Assembly: GCA_035444565.1 (NCBI GenBank)
Contig: DAOMOX010000001.1
Location: forward strand, 450,335-514,334
Reading direction: 5' to 3'
Length of the DNA stretch: 64,000 nucleotides
DNA from: Candidatus Dojkabacteria bacterium
GTDB lineage: Bacteria > Patescibacteriota > Dojkabacteria > B142 > OLB20
Shown: positions 57,188 to 64,000 of the stretch, piece by piece
Layout of the letters: each line of letters starts with the position of its first letter
Numbering within the stretch: the first letter of the stretch is position 1
Position numbers and translations under genes: made by a program
The notes under the pieces: model-generated
Database searches by the model: none
Told to the model about the DNA's origin: nothing
Seen by the model: the letters and a program-made list of their open reading frames with translations, nothing else

Positions 57188-58474
57188 ATGAAAAATACAA
57201 TCGAGCCTAACAAAATTAAGGCACTTATCACTTTTGTAGTCGTACTTAGTGTGATTACCTTTTCTTCAATCGGGTATTTAATTGGTAGGGGAAGTGGGGA
57301 TGGAATTACAACAGGGCTTACAGAAATTGAAGATTCCTCAGCAGCTGTTTACAATAATGTGCAAAAAGGGAATGTAAAATATACAAAGCCACAGTATATT
57401 CCAGTCAGGGAGGCAATGCCTTTATATTTTAAGTATACAGGTGTAAATAATACGAATGACTTGCCAGATTGGAAAATAAATTTCTGCGGTGTTGTCAAAA
57501 GATATCCGGATACTCAGGAAGTAGCTACTTCAAGAAGATTTAATACTGTTGGCTCGTGTAAGATTACTGTAAATGTAACAGTTAATGGAAAAACCGAAAC
57601 AGTAGTGTTCTATCAGAAAGTTTTAAAGATAAAAAGTACTGTTGATACCGAACTTCTTACAAATGGCGATGCATATCTTGGAGAAGATTATACTGTGGGA
57701 ATATCTTTGGATGGAAAAGTAAATGCTGCGTATAAAGGCGTAGACTGGAATTGGTCAGCGACAGGGGATTGTGAAGCGGGTTGGAGCCCATCGATTGGGG
57801 TCGATGCCGTATTAGTACTTAAATTGCTAAATCCTGGTGTTTGTACGGTCAAAGTGGTGGGTTATGTATACTATGACACATACGCAATTAAAGCAGTAGA
57901 GTCTGCACAAATCAATATTTTACCTGCGAGAGTAGTACCAACAGATGAATTGGAAGTAACAGAAATGCCAACTCCAGTGCCTTCTGTTGTAATTCCTACC
58001 CCTGCTCCTTCTATAGTAGGAGTATCCCCAACACCAGCAAGTAATCTTGCAGCAATGAGTTTGTTCCCCTCAACTTTTAAAACATCACCTAATGGTGAGT
58101 TTAAAGTTGCTATTATGGCACAACCTCCTTCCACCAACATCACAGGATATGTTACCAGTTATCAGATTCGCCTCAAGGTCCAAGGCGCATCAATTGTTGA
58201 GGGTTCATTTGTAGAAGCCGGTGGTAATTTACTAACAATTGGTACGTGTAATACATCTAATAGTGCAATCACTACAAATGAAGTATGTGTAGACGTTTCA
58301 ACTATGTCTGGATACATTCCAAATAATCAAGTATTGGGTAGTTTCACAATCAAGGCACAAACGACAAACCCAATAGTAGTTTCAACGATTCCAGGTAATG
58401 CTTATCTTTCAAATGGGCAATTGCAGTTGGCTGAAAATATTAAACTTGCGAGTTACACAGTTTCTCTCCCTTAA
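57188..58474 (+). CDS. secreted/membrane-anchored protein with W-x-W / paired-Cys repeats and a Pro/Ser/Thr linker
   Basis: N-terminal TM. DWKINFCGVV..GSCKITVNV and VDWNWSATGDCEAGW..GVCTVKVVG are related to the repeats in 45695..46393. There is a PTPVPSVVIPTPAPS linker and a C-terminal beta domain. Confidence 0.45.
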   Translation: MKNTIEPNKIKALITFVVVLSVITFSSIGYLIGRGSGDGITTGLTEIEDSSAAVYNNVQKGNVKYTKPQYIPVREAMPLYFKYTGVNNTNDLPDWKINFCGVVKRYPDTQEVATSRRFNTVGSCKITVNVTVNGKTETVVFYQKVLKIKSTVDTELLTNGDAYLGEDYTVGISLDGKVNAAYKGVDWNWSATGDCEAGWSPSIGVDAVLVLKLLNPGVCTVKVVGYVYYDTYAIKAVESAQINILPARVVPTDELEVTEMPTPVPSVVIPTPAPSIVGVSPTPASNLAAMSLFPSTFKTSPNGEFKVAIMAQPPSTNITGYVTSYQIRLKVQGASIVEGSFVEAGGNLLTIGTCNTSNSAITTNEVCVDVSTMSGYIPNNQVLGSFTIKAQTTNPIVVSTIPGNAYLSNGQLQLAENIKLASYTVSLP

Positions 58475-58511
58475 AATGAAAAGTGGTCTGTCTATCGTTT
58501 CTAACGAAACC

Positions 58512-61500
58512 TTAGTCAGGCCACCTACTATACATAATTGTTTCCGCTTCTCCTTCTCTTTTCGGTAAAGACTGCCAGATTTTCTCAGTTAGAAATGGAA
58601 TAAAAGGATGTAACAATTTCAGATATGTTTCTAGAGAATATAGTATCAACCATTGGGCTGTAAATCTTGATTTTGACTCCTCTTCTGATGTGTTGATTGG
58701 GTTTCCTTCACGATCTTTTGTGTAAAGTCTAGTTTTGATTTTTTCCAGATAAATATCAGCGAAATAATGCCAGAATGATTCATAAAGTTCGTCAGCGGCG
58801 ATTCCAAATTTAAATTCGTTCAATCTCCTGGTAGTTTCTTCAATTAGTTTTTCAACATGATCCAACATTTCAGTATCATCTTGTGTGAACTCTAATTCGG
58901 ACCTGTCCGAATTAATCAATTTGTCAGCTTTATCTTCGATGTTAAAGAGTACAAACTTGGATGCATTCCAGATTTTATTGCAGAAGTTGCGGTTAGATGA
59001 TACTTTCTCTTCATAAAGACGATAATTTTGACCGGCTGAGTTACCTTTGACAAAGCTATATCTCAATGCATCTGTTCCATATTTTTGCATCATTTCGAAA
59101 GGATCGATACCATTACCTTTGGATTTGCTCATTTTAATTCCATTCTTATCAAGTACCAACCCATGTAGATACACGTCTTTGAAAGGAACAATTTGCTCGT
59201 CGGAAGTATTAGGGTTTAGCTTCTTCGCTCTATACGGATTGAGTAACATCATTCTGGTCACCCAGAATAATAAAATATCCCATCCAGTTTCCATAACTTG
59301 GGTAGGGTAGAATTGCTCAAAATCACCTTCCTTCACCATCAAAGTTAGATATGGCCATTGTCCAGATGAGAACCATGTATCAAGTACATCTTCGTCTTGA
59401 AGCCATTCTGATTTTATTAAGGAATAATTTCGAAGTTCCAGATTTTTTGGGTCATTTTCTCTAGATTGCTCAGGAGTTAAATTATTTAATTTTCTCTCGA
59501 ATATTCTAATTATGCCTGCATGTGTCACAACCAATGGGTTTTTATAGCCTGAGGTTTTCAACCAAATGATAAACTCTTCAATTCTCTTTTCGACTGCTTC
59601 TATTTTCTCGCCTTTTTCAAGCTCTGGTTGGAAATCCATATTATTTTTTGAAGCCTCTTCAGGATGTTTGTTAGTAAATTCTTCCCAAGTAAGCCCTTCT
59701 AAGTTGCCGAAATTCCTTTCTTTGAGTAAATCGTTCTCGATGATTTTCAATCCCAATTTCTCATTAACAATTTCAGCAGTTTGACGTGCTCTTTTTAATG
59801 GAGAGGTGATAATCACATCATATTTAGAATTGAGTTTTTCAATTGCGTTTTGAGCTTGTTTTTGACCGATGTCATTTAAATCGATATCAGTGAATCCATG
59901 GAATTTACCAAGTTTGTTGTATTCTGTCTCTCCATGTCTCAGGACTGAAATATTGATTTGTCCATTTAGATCAGAGTTTGAGTTGTTAGGATTATCATGT
60001 CCTACATGTATTAATCCCTCATAATCTTCGGGATTATTTATAATTTTGTTTCCAATTTTCTCTTTTACTTCACCTGTTTGGGTGATGTATTGCGTATGTT
60101 CGCCTTTATACCAGACAGGAACTCGATAACCCCACCATAGTTGTCTCGTGATGCACCAATCTTCCTGACTTTCCATCCATTGTAGATATGTTTTCTTTTT
60201 GCCCTCAGGCATGATTTCAGTTAATCCTTCTTCAACTAATCTTTTTGCTTCTCTTTTTAATGGTTCTGTATCCACAAACCATTGATAGGAGATAAGCGGT
60301 TCTATAGGGTGTTTGCATCTCTCACAAATTCTAATTCTGTTTTCATAATTTTCGTCTAAGTATACTAGCATTCCATTTGCTTTCATGTCTTCTAACATCA
60401 CTTTTCGTGCTTCCTTTACATTCATACCTTCATATTTGCCGGCTAGGTGATTCATTTTGCCATTGAAGTCTATGACCTGCTTCTCTGGGAAAGCTTCCTC
60501 TGGATGACGTTTGGCTATATCCCAATCTTCCGGGGAATGTGCGGGAGTGACTTTTACCATGCCAGTTCCGAAATTTTCATCGACAGCGTCATCGGCGATA
60601 ACATTTATTTTGGATGTGCCAAGTAAAGTTTTAACTTCAAATTCTTTTCCAACATACTCTTTAAATCTCTCATCGTCTGGGTCAACTGCAAGTGCTGTGT
60701 CTCCGAACTTGGTCTCCGGCCTGACTGTGCCTAGAACGAAACCATTAGTATAGAATTTGTCGTCAGGGAAGTCTTTGAAGTTTATAAAGTGAATACCCGC
60801 ATCTCTTTTTTTTGATTCAGCAACTTTCCAAAGCTTTGTTAATTCTTGATTTAAATCTCCCTCAAAATCAGGGTTAGAAAGTATTAAGCTGAATTTTTTA
60901 TTTAGCCTCATCATAATTGCATACGGTTTGCCGACTATTACATCTCCTTTAGTTAACTTTTCGTTATCATAACCAATACAATGTACAACCATTTCTCCAG
61001 TTTCAATTTGGTATCCGCCATCAATTGCGCCTATTGCAAATGGATAAATTTCTTTACCGTCCGGGCTTGATGACCTCTCAAAAATCCATTTAACTTCTTC
61101 CATTTGTGAGAAGTCATTTTTAATTCTTATCGCATCTTTTTCGGGATCTACAAATCCGTATTTAAAGTAGAAGAAAGGGGAAACTGAGTCTTTGAACTCC
61201 GTGTCGATATCTGCAAGAGCAGACTGACATCTGGGGCACCAGTTGATTATCCTTTTATCGCGATATACGAGCTTGTCCTCATACATTAACTCGAATGCCT
61301 TTAGAACTTCGTCTACAATCTTGGGTTCTAGAGTAAATAATTCTCTATCGAAATCTGCAGATAAACCAATATTTTTTTCCTGCCTACGAGCATTTTCAGA
61401 GTTTTTGATACAAAAAGCATAACAACGTTTATAGAATTCTTCTCTGCCTAATGCTTTCTTTGATAATCCTTCTTTTTCGAGTTCTTTCTCAAAAACTACT

Positions 61501-61796
61501 TCAGTCAAAATTCCTGCGTGGTCTTTTCCAGGTAGGAGCAAAACCTTTTTTCCCCTCATACGGTTGTATCTACCCATCAAATCTTGATAGGCATATCCAG
61601 ACATATGACCTAGGTGCAGATTCCCATTTGCATTTGGAGGAGGTAGGACAATTGAAAAAGTTTCTCGATCTATGTCGTTGGCGGTCGATAATTTTTTTTC
61701 AGATTTGTATTCGGGCGAATAGAATCTATTCTCAAGCCAAAAAGCTAAAATTTCCTCTTCAGTTGATTGTGGTTGATATGGTCCTTTGGGAAGCAT
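58512..61796 (-). CDS. valS: valyl-tRNA synthetase with an inserted histidine-phosphatase (PGAM-like) domain
   Basis: HIGH (NANGNLHLGHMSGY), the editing domain TVRPETKFGDTALAVDPDDERF, WWGYRVPVWY, DVLDTWFSSGQWPY, and KMSKS (GIKMSKSKGN). It is 1094 aa, against ~880 typical. Confidence 0.95.
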   Translation of the reverse strand: MLPKGPYQPQSTEEEILAFWLENRFYSPEYKSEKKLSTANDIDRETFSIVLPPPNANGNLHLGHMSGYAYQDLMGRYNRMRGKKVLLLPGKDHAGILTEVVFEKELEKEGLSKKALGREEFYKRCYAFCIKNSENARRQEKNIGLSADFDRELFTLEPKIVDEVLKAFELMYEDKLVYRDKRIINWCPRCQSALADIDTEFKDSVSPFFYFKYGFVDPEKDAIRIKNDFSQMEEVKWIFERSSSPDGKEIYPFAIGAIDGGYQIETGEMVVHCIGYDNEKLTKGDVIVGKPYAIMMRLNKKFSLILSNPDFEGDLNQELTKLWKVAESKKRDAGIHFINFKDFPDDKFYTNGFVLGTVRPETKFGDTALAVDPDDERFKEYVGKEFEVKTLLGTSKINVIADDAVDENFGTGMVKVTPAHSPEDWDIAKRHPEEAFPEKQVIDFNGKMNHLAGKYEGMNVKEARKVMLEDMKANGMLVYLDENYENRIRICERCKHPIEPLISYQWFVDTEPLKREAKRLVEEGLTEIMPEGKKKTYLQWMESQEDWCITRQLWWGYRVPVWYKGEHTQYITQTGEVKEKIGNKIINNPEDYEGLIHVGHDNPNNSNSDLNGQINISVLRHGETEYNKLGKFHGFTDIDLNDIGQKQAQNAIEKLNSKYDVIITSPLKRARQTAEIVNEKLGLKIIENDLLKERNFGNLEGLTWEEFTNKHPEEASKNNMDFQPELEKGEKIEAVEKRIEEFIIWLKTSGYKNPLVVTHAGIIRIFERKLNNLTPEQSRENDPKNLELRNYSLIKSEWLQDEDVLDTWFSSGQWPYLTLMVKEGDFEQFYPTQVMETGWDILLFWVTRMMLLNPYRAKKLNPNTSDEQIVPFKDVYLHGLVLDKNGIKMSKSKGNGIDPFEMMQKYGTDALRYSFVKGNSAGQNYRLYEEKVSSNRNFCNKIWNASKFVLFNIEDKADKLINSDRSELEFTQDDTEMLDHVEKLIEETTRRLNEFKFGIAADELYESFWHYFADIYLEKIKTRLYTKDREGNPINTSEEESKSRFTAQWLILYSLETYLKLLHPFIPFLTEKIWQSLPKREGEAETIMYSRWPD
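59487..59960 (-). other. histidine phosphatase (phosphoglycerate-mutase family, branch 1) domain embedded in valS
   Basis: ISVLRHGETEYNKLGKFHGFTDIDLNDIGQKQA...YDVIITSPLKRARQTAEIV...ERNFGNLEGLTWEEF...AVEKRIEEFI...PLVVTHAGIIR is the full RHG...R...E...H catalytic set. It lies between the ValRS WWGYRVPVWY and DVLDTWFSS blocks. Confidence 0.8.
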
Positions 61797-62635
61797 TATT
61801 GTAATTCGTAAAGCAATGAAATCGCGCCGTATAGACTGGCGTCATCTCCAAACTCTGTAATTTTGAGAGTTGGTTGTGGCAAGTACTCGACATAATTTGC
61901 TAATTCCATTCGTAGTAAATTTAATAAGAATTTTCTGTGCACAATTATACCACCTGAGAAAATAATTACAGGCGGTTTAAAAAGTGTAACAAGGTTATTT
62001 AAACCGATTCCTAGGTATTGTACCATTTCATTCCAAATTGGGTCACTGTCCTCTAGGCTGGCTAGTGAATGTATTCCGGTTTTTTCTTGTATAACAGCTC
62101 CTGTTGCATATGCTCCGAGTAATCCAGGTGTGTGGAAATGATTTCTATGAGTGCCATGTGAGTTTACAATCATATACTCAGGCTCTAATGGTAATTCTAA
62201 AAATTTATCTCCAACTCTGTGAACGTAAGTGGCTCCAAATCCAGTTCCTATGATGCAATATAAATACCTGTTTTCGTTTTTAGCAAGTCCGAAATATCTC
62301 TCGGCTCGTGCAGTTGCTACTGCGTCATTGCGCATAATTACTTTAGTATTGAATTTCTTGGCGATATCCTCTAAAAGTGGTTTGTGATTCCAGTCTGGTA
62401 AATTTGTGAGTAAATCAATTTTTTCGTTGCTGACACTTCCGGGTAGTGCAATAGAAATACCTTCTATCTTTTGCCATTTGCTGAATTTTTCTATTTGGGA
62501 TGTCATTTTTCCGAGTGCCTCATCATAAGACTGGGGCGTGGAAATAGTCTCTTTACCACTAATCGTAGGTTTGTTTAATTTGTCAATTTTTGCGAATGCG
62601 GTTTTTGTTCCGCCTACATCAATTGCTACATACAT
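61796..62635 (-). CDS. ROK-family sugar kinase / glucokinase-like protein
   Basis: MYVAIDVGGTKTAFA (N-terminal ATPase motif), ..IIGTGFGATYV.., actin-fold. The ROK Cys zinc motif is absent. Confidence 0.6.
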   Translation of the reverse strand: MYVAIDVGGTKTAFAKIDKLNKPTISGKETISTPQSYDEALGKMTSQIEKFSKWQKIEGISIALPGSVSNEKIDLLTNLPDWNHKPLLEDIAKKFNTKVIMRNDAVATARAERYFGLAKNENRYLYCIIGTGFGATYVHRVGDKFLELPLEPEYMIVNSHGTHRNHFHTPGLLGAYATGAVIQEKTGIHSLASLEDSDPIWNEMVQYLGIGLNNLVTLFKPPVIIFSGGIIVHRKFLLNLLRMELANYVEYLPQPTLKITEFGDDASLYGAISLLYELQ

Positions 62636-62828
62636 ATCTTTGTCTGTGATTAATACATAATAACCATTGCTGGCTCTGGTGTAAATAGCGCAAAATTGAC
62701 TGCTGAGTCATTGAGAATTTCGTAATTTTAATAAATAGGAATTGTGGATAAAGTCAGATATTTTCCATAGTTCTGATGTATAAATAATTAAAACATACGT
62801 TTATGCTACTGATACCATATCGTTTGCG

Positions 62829-63488
62829 ATGCTAGTTTCTTTGATTGATTTATTATTTCCCAGAATGTGTGTGTTCTGTGATACGCAGAAAACGCTTTTA
62901 TGTGAAGAGTGTAAAAATACTAAACTTGAGTATTACAAAACACATTTTTGTCATGTTTGTCGTAGAAATTTTGAAGATGATTTTGTTCACATAGAATGTC
63001 AGGAAAGAACAAATTTAGACGGGGTAATCGTTGTTGCTCATTACAATAAATTTGCAAAAATCCTCATTGAAGAAATGAAGTATAACCTTTATTTTTCTGT
63101 TTCTGCTGAAATTGGTTATCTTATGAAAATAAAATTAAGCGAATTCAATATTAAATATGATGTTGCCGTTCCGATTCCGCTTCATAGATTTAAAGAAAAT
63201 TATAGAGGTTTCAACCAGGCCGAACTATTATCCAAAGTAATCACATCTAGTGTTGATAATTGTATAAAAAGAACAAAAAATACTAAATCACAGGTAAATT
63301 TAAATAGGAAAGAACGTCTTGCAAATCTAAAAGATGTTTTTCAACTTAAGAAAGAAATCGCATATAAGTCGGTACTTCTTGTAGACGATGTTATGACAAG
63401 TGGTAGTACTCTCGAAGAATGTGCAAGAGTCTTGAAAAAAGCAGGGGTAGAGAAAGTTTATGGGTTGGTTTTCGCGAGGGGTGATTAG
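62829..63488 (+). CDS. ComF-family protein (phosphoribosyltransferase domain with N-terminal zinc finger)
   Basis: CVFCDTQKTLLCEECK...FCHVCRR is a 4-Cys finger. The PRTase motif is LLVDDVMTSGSTLEE. Confidence 0.75.
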   Translation: MLVSLIDLLFPRMCVFCDTQKTLLCEECKNTKLEYYKTHFCHVCRRNFEDDFVHIECQERTNLDGVIVVAHYNKFAKILIEEMKYNLYFSVSAEIGYLMKIKLSEFNIKYDVAVPIPLHRFKENYRGFNQAELLSKVITSSVDNCIKRTKNTKSQVNLNRKERLANLKDVFQLKKEIAYKSVLLVDDVMTSGSTLEECARVLKKAGVEKVYGLVFARGD

Positions 63489-63672
63489 TTCTTCCGAAGT
63501 ATGTTTCTAAACTGCATAAATTTCTTTAAGAAATAATATTTGTTATAATTATCTCAAGAAAGTCGGAATCGTTGGGAACCGGCAACTGAGACAGACAGTA
63601 TCTGTCAAAATTGCTAAAATTAAATATTCACCTTGAGTAAAACCACAGGTGGGACCGCATCTTGTTAAGAGG

Positions 63673-63717
63673 CCCTGTAATTGTTTAAAAACAGTAACAG
63701 GGTCTTTTTTATTTTTT
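63673..63717 (+). terminator. rho-independent terminator
   Basis: ccctgtaattgttt-aaa-aacagtaacaggg followed by tcttttttatttttt. Confidence 0.55.
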
Positions 63718-63728
63718 AAGTCAATACA

Positions 63729-64000
63729 ATGGCGACAACAGTCAAAATTATACTAGGAGTGGTTTTCCTGGGTTTTGTCTGTCTGCAGGTGGCATTATTC
63801 TTAGTAAATGAAATTAAATTGCCAAAATTAAATATTAGAAAATTAACCGAAAAGAAGGGAAAAATTAAAATTCTTGCAATCGATCCTCATCCAGATGACG
63901 AAACCATGCTTTCGGGAGGTTTCATTGCAAATTTCTCCAGAAATAAAAAAGTGGAATTAAAGCATATTTGCGTTACCAAAGGTGAAAAGGGTGACGAGAT
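63729..64000 (+). CDS. PIG-L/LmbE-family N-acetylglucosaminyl deacetylase (3'-partial, runs off the window)
   Basis: N-terminal TM, then ILAIDPHPDDETMLSGG (the PIG-L AHPDDE motif). Confidence 0.55.
   Translation, partial: MATTVKIILGVVFLGFVCLQVALFLVNEIKLPKLNIRKLTEKKGKIKILAIDPHPDDETMLSGGFIANFSRNKKVELKHICVTKGEKGDE

Noticed and set aside
63540-63717. Possible small RNA between comF and the PIG-L gene (hairpins gacaga-cagtat-tctgtc and ccctgt...acaggg plus a T-run)
   Set aside because: It has no similarity I can recognise to SRP, 6S, tmRNA or RNase P cores. It is most simply the comF terminator plus the leader of the next gene. Only the terminator is kept.

Overview
This is a low-GC (roughly one-third G+C), gene-dense bacterial chromosomal window that uses the standard genetic code: TAA, TGA and TAG all terminate well-conserved genes, so neither UGA nor UAG is reassigned. 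The content looks like a small-genome Patescibacteria/CPR-like organism: many short membrane-anchored or secreted hypothetical proteins, paralogous gene pairs, four Nudix hydrolases, and few biosynthetic genes. Confident calls include a copper-resistance operon, a two-component system, metG, valS, an ECF sigma factor, a single tRNA-Ser, and LCP, rhodanese, FkbM, TatD, ROK and ComF genes. The most interesting features are:
- a heliorhodopsin gene;
- a ValRS carrying a complete histidine-phosphatase (PGAM-like) domain inserted in its catalytic core;
- a cobalamin riboswitch upstream of a DUF4430 lipoprotein and an ECF-S-like permease;
- a family of GC-rich double-hairpin repeat elements in three intergenic regions, all upstream of + strand genes (one of them the heliorhodopsin);
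- a tRNA-Ser locus flanked by tRNA 5'-half mimics and two tandem 314-bp repeats that each carry a GIY-YIG nuclease ORF with an in-frame TAG;
- three genes with in-frame stops and one frameshifted K+ channel;
- a tandem pair of HExxH proteins;
- a conserved C-terminal 4-Cys domain shared by three extracytoplasmic proteins, one of them a putative anti-sigma factor.
Every call rests on reading motifs by eye from the supplied sequence and translations. No database search was run.
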